From a virus: 64,000 nt of DNA. Shown here piece after piece: positions 12,201-20,442 of this stretch. A program made the translations under genes and the position numbers. Within the stretch, counting starts at the first letter, position 1; each line of letters begins with the position of its first letter. The DNA is taken from IMG/VR virus record IMGVR_UViG_3300006615_000024; one strand, given 5' to 3'. The notes beneath the pieces were generated by a model. The model saw only the letters and a list, made by a program, of their open reading frames with translations. It had not been told where the DNA came from and searched no databases.

Positions 12201-13393
12201 GAGCATTGGCTACTCTTGATACAGTAGGGTCAGCAAGAATTACTAACGACTCAATATCGGAAGTAGACCTTAAAGTAACAAATACTCCGTCTGCATCTGA
12301 AGATAATTATCTTTTGAGTTATGACCACGCTACCACAGGTTTCACTTGGGTTGCTCCTGTTTCCAGTGGAATAGCATTAGATGATATTAGTGTTACAGTC
12401 GGTGGTGCTACGGGTACTGGCGGTAATTTAGTATATGATAATACTACTGGTGATTTCACCTTTACTCCGACTCTTAACATAGGAGGTAATTCTGCAACTT
12501 CAACTGTTTCGGCAAACAATTCTACTGATGAAAATAACTATCTTACCTTTGCTGCAAATGCTACGGCTTCAGGTAGTTTAGGATTAGAAACAGATACAGC
12601 GTTATACTTCAACCCGTCACAAGATACGTTATATGTTCCTTATGTTTCTGCAACAAACTTAACTGCTAGTAATTTAATAAGTGCTACTAATGGAATAAAC
12701 ATAACTGGTAATAATCAAGGGATTAGTCTTTCAGGTACAAATAACTTCGTTAAAACTGACAACCTAAAAAATGATACTTTGATGACAATCGAAACTACTG
12801 CTAATAATGCTAATATCAAAATAAGCCCTAATGGTAATGGAAATGTTATAGTTGGTACTGATAGTGGTTCAGGTCTAGTGAACATTAGTTCTCCAATATA
12901 CAAAACAGGTGTACAGTTTGATATAACTGAAACTGCACATACTTCTACTGCAAGCAATCTAGCAAATAGCGGTTTATCATATGCTCAGAAAAGAGGTATA
13001 ACTAAAATACAAGGTAGAGTAGCACCTTTATCTTCTGCTTTATCAAATGGTTCAAATGTGGCTATTACGGTTTTACCTACTGGAGCAGTACATGGTAGTA
13101 ACTGTTCGTATAGAGGTATTAGAGGAACTGTACATATTGACGCAGGAATATCAGGTTCAGGTAATTTTGTTTTGACTCAAGACTTCATTGCTAATGATAG
13201 AGACGGAAGCGGAACTTGGGCCTTTGTTTCTTCAAATGCTGTATTCGAAGGAAGGTCTGACTTTCCTTACTATATCAGTTGGGCTGAAATAACTAGTGAT
13301 GATATGCAATTAAAAATAACAAACAATACTGGTGGAGATGTAGGTACGGGTCTTACAATTTGGTGGGATTTAACGTTGTTCCCTGAAGCATAA
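3242..13393 (+). CDS. Giant (3383 aa) tail fibre/adhesin-like protein with internal repeats
   Basis: G/S/T/N/D-rich, with recurrent LTVxGDLxVSGxTxT...VED, AIKxYVD and YxHP modules typical of marine phage fibres. Sits in the tail module. Confidence 0.8.
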   Translation: MTTSARTNPNFISTLTLTASNQDRLTDGTDNIHSAIINSLNIASGGNRIVRGFDITLSDADTYTRYTLGNNNFFLRDGILTQIANGEHTNQTVHMQSTSDNTYAVLVIAADNTLAIRNHTIKDKVAPLTNDDIPIAVIEIAGNSAPDAVTRKVQYLGYEQTNQGLSIIDNNTETIRINKEGTITKGSGTLTLPSTTGTIALTGTTIAKTASDSDADAIKSLVSSASDSNVFTDADHTKLNAIAANANNYSLPTAAANTLGGIKVGTNLSISGSGVLSSTDTNTQRSDTEIKNLVGGMFSSNTETGINAVYQSSDGTIDLTITGGDDDVSVTNLETRLAQINTATTIGNGVALTTGGDLTVTGDLTVSGSTTTLDVTNLAIEDNTILLNKNQAGNSTTNAGIEVERGNYTNVQLKWNETSDRWTFTNDGNNYFNIPITSELANPYTHPSYSTTNINTSGAIIIDNISTNSTGHITAMGTRTLSLADLGYTGSTDANTYVHPNHSGDVTSSADGATTIASNAVTTAKINNSAVTTSKIANNAITNVKVDSNAAIAQSKIDGLVSALSGKEPSLTISDGLDRTGATLKLDISGLSNENGIDRTADFVAFHDNSVGLKKVNLANIFAKLTAGDIPNLDGSYRAVGTQIVNADISNGANISADKIASGTTNKVFTSTLESKLSGIEAGAEVNVNADWNSGSGDSQILNKPTIPSGNQIIDWTANGAGTIHASNYVNTQYTVGDGGLSQKNFTTALYDKLVGVAANANNFSLTTGSVTNAHLAGSIANSKLDDIAQSKVTGLTTALNSKVENLSDLSITASAAELNILDGVSGVSSTEIGHLDGVTSSIQTQLNSKLSSLALAGLTDVSSFDTSISSGASGSGIPSTLAVKTYVDGKATVDTTYSIVTENGLDGSGNNDPAVKTIRLTDNTSGTGSVFHLAMGAGLGISRNAESNTLTLTNTGSTLSKSTLSPVLASYNGTETLNIGDTDNDTTVNIRGNLNVLGTTTTVNQTEVNVQNAFVFEGAVDNDFETTLSIAEPTADRTITLPDITGTLITSADTGTISNGMIASTAITSAKIGTNAVLTSKINASAVTTAKLASNAVTNAKLADDAVQTDSIADGAVTVGKITGLTDLGSGTVISSTERTKLSGIEASADVTDATNVTAAGAVMDGDFTSNGFMKRTGAGSYTVDNSNYLTSLSVTGLSDINDFDLDLSSVSASHDSLASAKAIKAYVDANGGGGSFNSFNIKDGVGTTVNVTDGKFVQFAQGTGITATWTDTNSGASTDPFDLTLVNTGVLSNVAGTGIGVSGATGNVTITNTDLGSAQNIFKTIAVSGQDNIVADSNTDTLTLVGGANVNITTTAGSDTITITSTDTDTHLTQEEVEDYVSGLITAGSNITVQYTDNAGSAGSLSIAGTANDDVSIDNLKARLNSDFGGDYTIGSQADDTLTVSGSLTVGADLIVSGDTITMNTSTLTVEDPLIALGSNNTADAVDLGFYGKYVDGSTIKYTGLFRDTSDSNKWKLFTDTGNTHAAPTTTVNTTSGFTLGTLVAATFEGGLTGNATTASTLATARTIAGVSFNGSADINIPINNLTGTLTAANGGTGLTSISTLLNSNVSLAVADLSDIASLDTDISSVSSSDDTLASAKAIKTYVDAQFAGAGSGDMTGVDITAGDAITVSQSNTTAGNYTATISVSGLGVAQLAGSALQLSSESFNNNDTSLMTSAAIEDKILSYGYGVGTGDGDITSVVAGVGLSGGATTGDATLNLDFSELTDMTGDIAGTTEFIIQDGTTESRKAASEIKLSYFNNDSNWNNYVHPTGAGNNHIPTGGSAGQFLKYSSSGTASWATPSYTTEEQIEDFIAAMITAGTNITSTYDDTAGTLTLSSTDTNTQLSDAQVIAKTLTGLSTATGGAVASSDSILVAFGKLEKRVALNDAKTTNSDTTYSEATSSDLGLVKIGYTESGKNYPVELSSGQMFVNVPWTDTNTNLNLLNDGTLSANSATSAASQQSIKTYVDTSVANLVASAPEALDTLNELAVALQSNDSDITGITTALGNRLRIDVNNQGLSSTQQGYALDNLGITASLTELNILDGGLSASDIPNIGAGKITSGTLSRNTTGTAAGLSSTLAISSGGTGATSAPMIGVVTAANAGAARTVLGLGTASTLSGTGAVANGNAGLVTGDVVFDYIAAQNFASSGASNFVVGDITGQSALTSGLHATQDELVISDNGALKKVGIGVLQTYMQNSLTFTTDTQRTAGALLDLNGNALDVDLSELTDMTEDWTASEDEFVVLDNGVQKRKLSSELFGSNAFNSTAYLTAHPNISAATSVDNSGRTYIQDITLDSNGHITGIVSATETVTDSGNTTYGISAVDGDNTDEEKIRLTGSDSSTDDVVLEAGTGLSVARSGDKITFTNTSPNVSTNLSVSRDGTKLHVVSSDGNNAELPLADTNNWGVMSDEMFDKLDGIEASATADQTASEITALLNSVASYTLGTNAGTITVGNDLTVAGDLIVSGTTSTINTATVEVEDNILQLNTTQGTPDTATATTSGISVYRGNGVTQASLIFDDADDTWDLTNALTVAGTNGVTLDSGSIKIKNSGAQSFIDFYCEVSNLHYLRLQAPAHSSFSGNPTVTLPATAGTLALTSGNVATATKIASITNSNIVQLTDAQTLTNKTINASNNTLSNIANSALTNSAITIDGTSVSLGGSVTTNNDNTFRTIELDTNGNGSANNTLTATETLRLKKGSNITLAETDGVVTISSANTVYSHPTHDGDDISIDTGALTGATVISDLDFNVTTDTLGHVTDANATIATRNLTLANLGFTGDADATDDQTAVEIITLLNSDLGGDFTIGNQADDIATFTGHVSVGGNLTVTGTVTTNNVETVSTSNGVIFEGSGNADTEITLKGGTVSGNDKTIFLPNADGTVALTSQLHDAVTLGNTNYLSISGQVITGGTVPVTSGGTGSTSAPMVGVITAVNQAAARTALGLGALATLDTVGSARITNDSISEVDLKVTNTPSASEDNYLLSYDHATTGFTWVAPVSSGIALDDISVTVGGATGTGGNLVYDNTTGDFTFTPTLNIGGNSATSTVSANNSTDENNYLTFAANATASGSLGLETDTALYFNPSQDTLYVPYVSATNLTASNLISATNGINITGNNQGISLSGTNNFVKTDNLKNDTLMTIETTANNANIKISPNGNGNVIVGTDSGSGLVNISSPIYKTGVQFDITETAHTSTASNLANSGLSYAQKRGITKIQGRVAPLSSALSNGSNVAITVLPTGAVHGSNCSYRGIRGTVHIDAGISGSGNFVLTQDFIANDRDGSGTWAFVSSNAVFEGRSDFPYYISWAEITSDDMQLKITNNTGGDVGTGLTIWWDLTLFPEA

Positions 13394-13457
13394 TAATAAG
13401 GTAGGACGGTTTAGGAAGGTTAAAGCATAATGGACAGTGAAGTTATGGTGATGAAAT

Positions 13458-15083
13458 ATGACAGATAGTAATTTTGTAATAAAGAAAGGATTAGATATAT
13501 TTGATGGAGATGTTTCTCTTAAAGGTTCTAACAAAGAATTAAGATTTTATGAGGGTTCTAACTATGTAGGGTTTGAAGCCCCTGCTCTTACTGCTGATAA
13601 GATATGGGTTTTACCTAATGCTGATGGTTCAACTGGTCAAGCGTTGAAGACTGATGGTAGTGGTAATCTTGGTTGGGTTACTGCGGGTGATGCTACATTA
13701 GCAGGGGCGCAAACATTTACAGGCACTAAGTCATTTACTTCTGAAGTAAATCTTAACAATACTTATGGTAGACTTAATTTCAAAGGAGGCAATAACCATT
13801 CTATTGATTTCTATAACGCTAACGGTGCGGCTCTAAAGGGAAGAATTACTTACATGATTAGTAGTAATCAAATGCGTCTTCAAGCAAATAGTGCAGACCA
13901 ACTTTACATTACAGATGGTGCAATTTATCCGCCTGTTGATAACGATGTGGATTTAGGAACTTCATCTCTCAAGTTCAAAGATTCTTTCTTCGGTTTAGTT
14001 GATGCTGAGAACTTCAAAGTAAATGGCGGTCAAGGTGGTGACGGTCAAGTTCTAACTTCAACTGGAAGCGGAGTTGCTTGGGAAGATGCAGGTGGTGCTT
14101 CTGCACTCAATGATTTATCAGATGCTATTACAAGTAGTGATAACGTAGGTGTAGGTGCAAACGCTTTAGATTCCTTAAGTTCGGGTAATAGAAATACAGG
14201 TATTGGTAAATTAGCAGGTTCTAATATTACAAGTGGAGACTTCAACGTTGCGATTGGTTATTACAGTCTAAACGGTACTGCGGTAACAGGTAATCATAAT
14301 ATCGGTATAGGTAATCAAAGTATAAATGGTTCAGCCGCAGGTGGGTATAACATTGGTATTGGAGTCCAAGCAGGGCAACAAGTTACCGGCGGTAAAAATA
14401 TATTAATAGGAAATACTGCGGGAAGCAGTATTCAATCCGGTTCTAATAATGTAATTATAGGTGATGCAGACCCTGCTTCGGCTTCAACAAGTGATACTTT
14501 AACAATAGCATCCGGTGATGGTGGAGTTACTTGGATTACAGGTGCTTCATCAGGAGTAGTAGATTTTCCTAATGGATTAACAAACAACGGTGTCGCAATA
14601 GAATCCGCATTTGAAACTATTACCGATGTAACAATAGGTTCAGGAACAAGTGGAACAACATCAGGAATATACTTCGGTGCTAACAATGAAGCAGGTATAG
14701 TTGCAGGTGAAGTTAGTAATGTTTCAACAGCAAACAATGGATATATTGAATTAATGAATATGGATTTAGATGCAATTACAGGAGCAAGTGGATTACAGAC
14801 GATAGAACTAACCGTTCAGATAGAAGATGAAACTAATGGAGAAGTAGAATCATTCAAAGCACTGGTTCAAGCAACAGAAAAAGCAGTATTGGGAACTACT
14901 GCAAGAGCAGTTAACTTTACTGAATGGGCTATATTGTTTGATGGTTCTGCAAGAATAGGAACACTTGCGGCAGATTATGATTCAGGTGATGATACAATTA
15001 GAATAAGATATCAAAATAAACAGGGTTCAACTGCAACCTTAACTGCAACCTTTTACGCAATTACAATGCAGAATAATACATGA
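13458..15083 (+). CDS. Secondary tail fibre/receptor-binding protein with YadA-head-like NxxxGxxAL/NxxIG repeats
   Basis: NVGVGANAL, NTGIGKLAG, NVAIGYYSL, NIGIGNQS, NIGIGVQAG, NILIGNTAG tandem repeats. Confidence 0.65.
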   Translation: MTDSNFVIKKGLDIFDGDVSLKGSNKELRFYEGSNYVGFEAPALTADKIWVLPNADGSTGQALKTDGSGNLGWVTAGDATLAGAQTFTGTKSFTSEVNLNNTYGRLNFKGGNNHSIDFYNANGAALKGRITYMISSNQMRLQANSADQLYITDGAIYPPVDNDVDLGTSSLKFKDSFFGLVDAENFKVNGGQGGDGQVLTSTGSGVAWEDAGGASALNDLSDAITSSDNVGVGANALDSLSSGNRNTGIGKLAGSNITSGDFNVAIGYYSLNGTAVTGNHNIGIGNQSINGSAAGGYNIGIGVQAGQQVTGGKNILIGNTAGSSIQSGSNNVIIGDADPASASTSDTLTIASGDGGVTWITGASSGVVDFPNGLTNNGVAIESAFETITDVTIGSGTSGTTSGIYFGANNEAGIVAGEVSNVSTANNGYIELMNMDLDAITGASGLQTIELTVQIEDETNGEVESFKALVQATEKAVLGTTARAVNFTEWAILFDGSARIGTLAADYDSGDDTIRIRYQNKQGSTATLTATFYAITMQNNT

Positions 15084-15092
15084 GGTGATTAA

Positions 15093-15821
15093 ATGGTAAG
15101 ACAACCTTTTAGAAGAACAAAGAGTGATGGAACGATAGATGACGGAACAGGTGGTGGAGGTGCAAGTAAGAATGACCATTATGGAGCATCTATGAATGGA
15201 ATATCTGCTTTTGGTACAACAAAGTATAGAGTTCCTTCAAGAATGATGGGTATAAGGACTCAAACATTCAATGCGTGTTCTGCTATGAATTATGTTTCTA
15301 TGATTCCAATGTGGTCTTATCAAGGAGGAACAATAGATTACATTTCAATGAGAGCATCAACAGCAAACAGTAATGCAATTATGAAAATAGGAGTTTATGA
15401 TTCTAAAGCGGCTGTTGGTGGTGCGCCTTACCCCGACAATTTGGTGGCTCAGACATCAATAACTTTCTCATCAACAAGCCCAATACTAGCACAATTAAAG
15501 AATGCCGCAGGTAATGCTAATCAGACTTATGAAATGGATGCAAATACTTGGTACTTCATAGGTTTAGTTTGGTCTAATAGTACTACTACTAATTTATACT
15601 GTAAACCTGCGGGTACTTTACCACACTATTTTGAGGATGGTTCAAATGATGTCTATTGTAGTGTGTTAAGAGAAATAGGTAGTTACGGTGAAAATGCTAA
15701 CACATTGGTTACGCAAACATCTACAAGCACTAGTAACCAATCATCAGTATTAAATGATATTACAGACCAAATAGGTGCTATTCCTTGGGTTAATGTAAGG
15801 GTGATAAATACATTCGGGTGA
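15093..15821 (+). CDS. Putative virion/tail-associated beta-rich protein
   Basis: 242-aa ORF with a GAGGTGA SD, inside the tail operon. No family recognised. Confidence 0.5.
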   Translation: MVRQPFRRTKSDGTIDDGTGGGGASKNDHYGASMNGISAFGTTKYRVPSRMMGIRTQTFNACSAMNYVSMIPMWSYQGGTIDYISMRASTANSNAIMKIGVYDSKAAVGGAPYPDNLVAQTSITFSSTSPILAQLKNAAGNANQTYEMDANTWYFIGLVWSNSTTTNLYCKPAGTLPHYFEDGSNDVYCSVLREIGSYGENANTLVTQTSTSTSNQSSVLNDITDQIGAIPWVNVRVINTFG

Positions 15822-16114
15822 TTAAAATGAAAGAACAAGTATTTCAAGACGGTGACGGTAATGTTACTAATATAGAAAAAGAAGATTGGACTTGGGGAGG
15901 GATTAGTCTTGAGAGAGAAGCATTTTTAACTTTTACAGACCAATTTATGTTAACAGATAGGTTTGCATTATATACTACTGAACAACAACAAGAGTTGTTA
16001 GAATATAGGCAAAAGTGGAGAGATATTACAGACTACTTTGATGTAGATGATGAATCTACGGGGGCTAATGAAGCGGCAGATAATTTTCCGGTTTTACCTG
16101 AGTGGTTAATCTAA
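15818..16114 (+). CDS. Phage tail fibre assembly chaperone (Phage_tail_APC-like)
   Basis: REAFLTFTDQFMLTD...LEYRQKWRDIT matches the R..L..TD...D...YRqaLRD pattern. Last gene after the fibres. Confidence 0.7.
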   Translation: MIKMKEQVFQDGDGNVTNIEKEDWTWGGISLEREAFLTFTDQFMLTDRFALYTTEQQQELLEYRQKWRDITDYFDVDDESTGANEAADNFPVLPEWLI

Positions 16115-16294
16115 ACCTAAAGAAAATACTTCGTCTAACAACTTACGTTGAGTTTCTAAGTAATCTCTCCAAATAGGTTTCTTGAATGCTTGTTCAAAAC
16201 CTTCTATTTGTGCTTCCCAATATTCTTCATCCATACTAATCCCAATCTTCAAACGCTTCTTCCATGAATGCTTTCCACATTTTACATGAACCAT
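16106..16294 (-). CDS. Hypothetical protein
   Basis: 62-aa ORF converging on the tail operon; start uncertain. Confidence 0.45.
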   Translation of the reverse strand: MVHVKCGKHSWKKRLKIGISMDEEYWEAQIEGFEQAFKKPIWRDYLETQRKLLDEVFSLGLD

Positions 16295-16732
16295 TGTGAT
16301 GTTTTCTTTTTTCCACTAAATACCCCCCCTTATACACAAATAAAATATAACGAATACGCAGTACTACTGCGAATTACAATCTAAGCCTCCCCCAAGCAAT
16401 AATGCCTATTAGTAAGTCATATGGAAAGGTAAGTTTACTCAAAAAAATCATCCTCCGACTCGAACATAGAAAGGAAAAACGAAATTAAACTAGATGTCAT
16501 TTTTCCGCCCTCTTCAACAAGTGTAGAAAATACACCGAAGGTTAATTTACTTTTTGCACTTAATAGAGATAAACAACTAATTTTGAAAAGTTTCTTACCG
16601 AGGCAAGCCTATTTCTCTGCGCTTTTACTTTTTACAAAATAAAAGTTTATTTTAATTAATAAAATAATAGAGAGTATGCTTTAGTTCCTGAATGAGATTT
16701 TTGCGATAAAAAAAGAGGCACTATGGCCGGAA

Positions 16733-16870
16733 TTAATTTTCCGACCATAATGCTTTACATTCTCTACACTGCCATATCTTGATTTCATCAAGGCTACCGA
16801 CATAAACGCCTTTAATGCGTCTTGCTATTGTTGTTTGATTACAATATTTACAAAGTTCACGTAGGGCCAT
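16733..16870 (-). CDS. Zn-ribbon microprotein (45 aa, CKYC...CREC); not in the ORF track
   Basis: Manual translation MALRELCKYCNQTT...WQCRECKALWSEN; overlaps the upstream ORF. Confidence 0.55.
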   Translation of the reverse strand: MALRELCKYCNQTTIARRIKGVYVGSLDEIKIWQCRECKALWSEN

Positions 16871-17018
16871 TTCCTCTGCCCCGTTCTTCTGCAATTAATT
16901 TATCCATATATTCTTCAATACTTTCTTCGGAATATTTACTATTTCCGAATGCCGCAAAGAAAAGTAATGAGATAACAATAACAAAAATAACCCATGCAAT
17001 AATTTCAAAAGTATCCAT
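16857..17018 (-). CDS. Single-pass membrane microprotein (53 aa); not in the ORF track
   Basis: MDTFEIIAWVIFVIVISLLFFAAFG hydrophobic segment; starts directly after the stop of 17019..17615. Confidence 0.55.
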   Translation of the reverse strand: MDTFEIIAWVIFVIVISLLFFAAFGNSKYSEESIEEYMDKLIAEERGRGNGPT

Positions 17019-17615
17019 TTACCACTCAACCTCCAAGTCTTTTACTATTTCTTCCTCTAGGGAGAAACCTTTAACCATTTTGTTGTTAACACCATGTTTC
17101 CATAGGTCATATACTAATTCACAGTCACTCAAACAGTATTTTGCTACTTCAGAATAACCACCTGCTTTCCAAACTATTGGGGCATCAGCACTATCCATTA
17201 GTTTCTCAGTACCAAGAGTATGATGAACTAAGTTGTTCAAACTATATCTTTCCTTGTGTTCTTTAGAAAGGATTGCACTAGTATCAATATATGCTTCACT
17301 ATCAAAATACTTTTTTATGCAATATATATCCATAGCATTCTTCAATACAGGCAAGTCAAAGTTTCTGATATTATGACCAAGTAGTTTACCACCTTTTTCA
17401 AAGTGGTCATCTAAATCAAACTTAAGTTGAGCCAATGGTTTAATCTGAACATTACTTTTTGCTAAGTCATCAACAGATTTGTCAATGTATATTGTACCTT
17501 TATCTCCATCCCAAGTACAAACTGTTGATACAAGAAACATGTGAGTATTGTCCCAACCCCCTATTTCATAAGAGAAGTTCTTCGTCTCTAAGTCAATTGC
17601 TAGAACTGAACTCAT
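17019..17615 (-). CDS. DEDD-family 3'-5' exonuclease (RNase H-like, YprB/RNase_H_2-like)
   Basis: IDLET (ExoI), GHNIRNFDLPVL (ExoII), YCLSDCEL (ExoIII). Confidence 0.8.
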   Translation of the reverse strand: MSSVLAIDLETKNFSYEIGGWDNTHMFLVSTVCTWDGDKGTIYIDKSVDDLAKSNVQIKPLAQLKFDLDDHFEKGGKLLGHNIRNFDLPVLKNAMDIYCIKKYFDSEAYIDTSAILSKEHKERYSLNNLVHHTLGTEKLMDSADAPIVWKAGGYSEVAKYCLSDCELVYDLWKHGVNNKMVKGFSLEEEIVKDLEVEW

Positions 17616-17873
17616 CTACTCTTCATCCTTGTCTGATTTATCGCCAATAGTCCATAGGTTAGCAATTTTTTGTTGTTCTGACTGCTTTGGGTTAGGTGCA
17701 TCTTTTACGTTTCCTTTTGTTAGGAACGCAACAATCTGCGTGTCACCTACGTTCAACATGGTGGATAATACCCAACCATCTTGACCAAAGGCATTAAGTT
17801 GTTCAATAATTACCTTTGGGCCATCTCTTACGTCAAATACCAAAAATTGGTTTTCATATGTTGTCTTGCTCAC
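17616..17873 (-). CDS. DUF4177-like small protein
   Basis: EQLNAFGQDGWVL matches the LN.lG.eGWEL signature. Confidence 0.6.
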   Translation of the reverse strand: MSKTTYENQFLVFDVRDGPKVIIEQLNAFGQDGWVLSTMLNVGDTQIVAFLTKGNVKDAPNPKQSEQQKIANLWTIGDKSDKDEE

Positions 17874-19441
17874 TTTTCATCACTCCTTTTTAATTTTACA
17901 TAACCATATCTGCCTACTCTCTTTTCATCAAAGTTCTCCGATATCTGTTTGTAATTTCTATATACTTGGGCTTGTCCTCTTCTTGCTGTTTTCATAACGT
18001 GTGCTAACATGATAGTTTTATTCACCCATTTTTCTCCGTCAATTGTCCTAGCATTTGGCGTTTTAACTAAATCATTAAACGCTTTCTTGAACTCTCCTAC
18101 CTTTGCTCTGTCTTGAATACTCTTGTGGTCTGCCTTAAGTGCTAAGTCAAGCCACGATACAAGCGATTTATAACACTGTCGAGTAATATAAGCACCTTGG
18201 GTAACATGTCTTTCTGTTACAATAAAGCGGTTTTCTTTCTTTTTGATAGTAGTACCTGATTCAGCAATACATGAAAGAACTGCTAGTTTAACCATCATCC
18301 CTTGCATTCTAGTGATAAAGTTGTTTGCTATCTCCATAACCGCAGGTCTGCTACCTTGTACGAAGTTTTGGAACTTCCAAGTTTCATTCTTAACAGCATC
18401 ATTGAATCCCTTACCAAAAGTAATCGTTCTCAAAGGGTCTTCACCTGTCTCTTCGTAATGTTGTTTCAGTGTTTCGTATATCTTAACAAAAGAACCTGCA
18501 AATCCCATTATAGGGGTTTCTGCATCATCTATAACTCCGTAAGAATCTGCTATCTTATTTCTAACATAATTCTGTTCACTAATTGGAACTTCTCTAATGT
18601 AAATTAAAGAACGTTGCATTGCTCCTGTTTCAGTAATAGCGCCTGTTAATGTTTTTGGTATGTATGATGTAGCCCACATTGAACGGCTACTTCTACATTC
18701 CATTAAACCACCCTTTAGTAATCTCTTGGTGATTACCCAATTCTGACCCCATAAGGTATTCATAAAAGTGTTAATATACAAAACAACTTTGTTCTGATGT
18801 TGGCTCTGTTTGAATATCCCTGAATCTGCAAACTCATCATAAACTAGTAGGCCACCCCCTTCTAACTCACCATATATTTGTATAGGAACTTCTACTTTTC
18901 TCTCTCTACCTGTTTCATCGTCAACTACAATCTGTTCTTCAGTTCCCATAGAACCAATTAAACCTGCATCCGTAGTATCTTTAATCTCAGCAACAGAAAA
19001 CCTAGTTCCTGTTCTAATGTTTTGCCAACCATAATCTCCTACTTCATCTTCTCTAAATACTGTTGGAAATCTTTCATTTAACTGCTTAAACACTTCTTTT
19101 GTTATTGGCCCAAAGAAATTATACATTTCAGTCTTACCAGTACCACTAGTTTGTAGCCAAATAATTTGTAATCTAGTATCTATCCTTCTTCTACCTGAAG
19201 GAATACACACAAAGTCTTTGCATATCTGTCCTAGTAGATTATAATACGATAACATTGCAGGAACTTCGTTATTTAACGAAACTTCTACTGCACTTGTCAC
19301 ATATTTCTCTACAACTTTAGGTATTTTACTAGTTTTAGTGTATTCTCTTCCTTCTTCTAGAGATTCATAGTACATTCTATCTATTTCTGCTTCTAATTCA
19401 GGATTATCGCTTATTATCATTTCATCTTCTTTCTTATTCAT
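17870..19441 (-). CDS. MCM-like AAA+ ATPase, probable replicative helicase
   Basis: Walker A-like QTSGTGKT, TDAGLIGS (MCM-like AGL motif), Walker B LVYDEF, AMQRS arginine-finger region. Confidence 0.65.
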   Translation of the reverse strand: MNKKEDEMIISDNPELEAEIDRMYYESLEEGREYTKTSKIPKVVEKYVTSAVEVSLNNEVPAMLSYYNLLGQICKDFVCIPSGRRRIDTRLQIIWLQTSGTGKTEMYNFFGPITKEVFKQLNERFPTVFREDEVGDYGWQNIRTGTRFSVAEIKDTTDAGLIGSMGTEEQIVVDDETGRERKVEVPIQIYGELEGGGLLVYDEFADSGIFKQSQHQNKVVLYINTFMNTLWGQNWVITKRLLKGGLMECRSSRSMWATSYIPKTLTGAITETGAMQRSLIYIREVPISEQNYVRNKIADSYGVIDDAETPIMGFAGSFVKIYETLKQHYEETGEDPLRTITFGKGFNDAVKNETWKFQNFVQGSRPAVMEIANNFITRMQGMMVKLAVLSCIAESGTTIKKKENRFIVTERHVTQGAYITRQCYKSLVSWLDLALKADHKSIQDRAKVGEFKKAFNDLVKTPNARTIDGEKWVNKTIMLAHVMKTARRGQAQVYRNYKQISENFDEKRVGRYGYVKLKRSDEK

Positions 19442-19442
19442 A

Positions 19443-20141
19443 TTATAACTCCATTTTTTCTTCTTTATTTAGTGTGTCATGTATTCTTTTTGCTAATACA
19501 TTACCTATTCCATCTAATGCACACAATTCATTAGACGTTGCTTCTCCTATTTCCATAATAGAGCCAAACTCATCCAAAAGCATCTTTGCTTTCTTCTCAC
19601 TTAGCCCTTTTATCATGGTTAGTACATCAAGTCGCAAGTCTGCGGTACTAATCTTTCTCTTTTTTACTAATTTGGGAGTATAAACCTCCCTATCATGCGG
19701 TTGCATCTTACAAACAACTGCTATCATGTCAGCCGCAGTTAATGCATCCTTAAACCAAAGCAAAGAACAGTCGGTGTCGAGTATAATTTTACCCATTGCA
19801 CCATAGAACTTTTTCTTTAGTATAACTCTTTGAGTTGCCTTGTTCATTGTTGATTTACTGTAATCAGAATGTTTCCTGAACGCCGCATCAAACGAACCAT
19901 ATACAATAACTAAGTTATTGGTAAAGGCTCTATCCATATTATCCATTTGATTCCACAACCTATTATTTACAATAGATTGTAAGAAATCAAAAGATGACTT
20001 TGCTTCAAAACATACGTCATTGAATACATAATCTCCAATCTCTATGAATTGCTTTTCATATTGAATATTATATTCTTGAGCCTTTTCAATTACCTTCTCT
20101 GTAAGTTCTGAGTTTTCTCTGCTATCTATTATTAGTTTCAT
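19443..20141 (-). CDS. ERCC4/XPF-family structure-specific nuclease with tandem HhH (possible Holliday junction resolvase)
   Basis: LIIDSRE, IGDYVF...FEAKS.FDF nuclease motif; IKGLSEKKA and LDGIGNVLA HhH motifs. Confidence 0.85.
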   Translation of the reverse strand: MKLIIDSRENSELTEKVIEKAQEYNIQYEKQFIEIGDYVFNDVCFEAKSSFDFLQSIVNNRLWNQMDNMDRAFTNNLVIVYGSFDAAFRKHSDYSKSTMNKATQRVILKKKFYGAMGKIILDTDCSLLWFKDALTAADMIAVVCKMQPHDREVYTPKLVKKRKISTADLRLDVLTMIKGLSEKKAKMLLDEFGSIMEIGEATSNELCALDGIGNVLAKRIHDTLNKEEKMEL

Positions 20142-20299
20142 TAACCTTCCTCCACTGAATCTAATGCTAAGATAATGTCATAATATCCTTTACAATAAGG
20201 ACAAATAACACTATTTATCAACCAACAACCATCATCGTAACTTCCGTCTGATATGTTTTCTGTAATCAATTCACCTATATGTTCACAACAACCTTTCAT
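20141..20299 (-). CDS. Cys-rich microprotein (52 aa); not in the ORF track
   Basis: MKGCCEH...CPYCKG; coupled start/stop overlaps; GGTGA SD. Confidence 0.45.
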   Translation of the reverse strand: MKGCCEHIGELITENISDGSYDDGCWLINSVICPYCKGYYDIILALDSVEEG

Positions 20300-20442
20300 A
20301 AATGCTCACCTCTAAACCTAGCAGGTAATACTTTTGTAAGATTACATTCATCACAACAATAACCACCTTTAGATAACATATGTCCAAACCCCTGAAAAGT
20401 TTCTCCACATAATTTACAAGTATATTTTCTTAAGTAATTCAT
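20296..20442 (-). CDS. Zn-finger microprotein (48 aa); not in the ORF track
   Basis: CKLC...CCDEC; ATGA overlaps at both ends. Confidence 0.5.
   Translation of the reverse strand: MNYLRKYTCKLCGETFQGFGHMLSKGGYCCDECNLTKVLPARFRGEHL

Noticed and set aside
3727-14737. Many minus-strand ORFs (60-170 aa) opposite the fibre genes, and plus-strand ORFs opposite the replication block
   Set aside because: Antisense shadows of biased codon usage; no SD sites or motifs, and fully nested in confident genes
13394-16114. Diversity-generating retroelement or invertase acting on the fibres
   Set aside because: No reverse transcriptase, no adenine-specific TR/VR pair and no recombinase in the window
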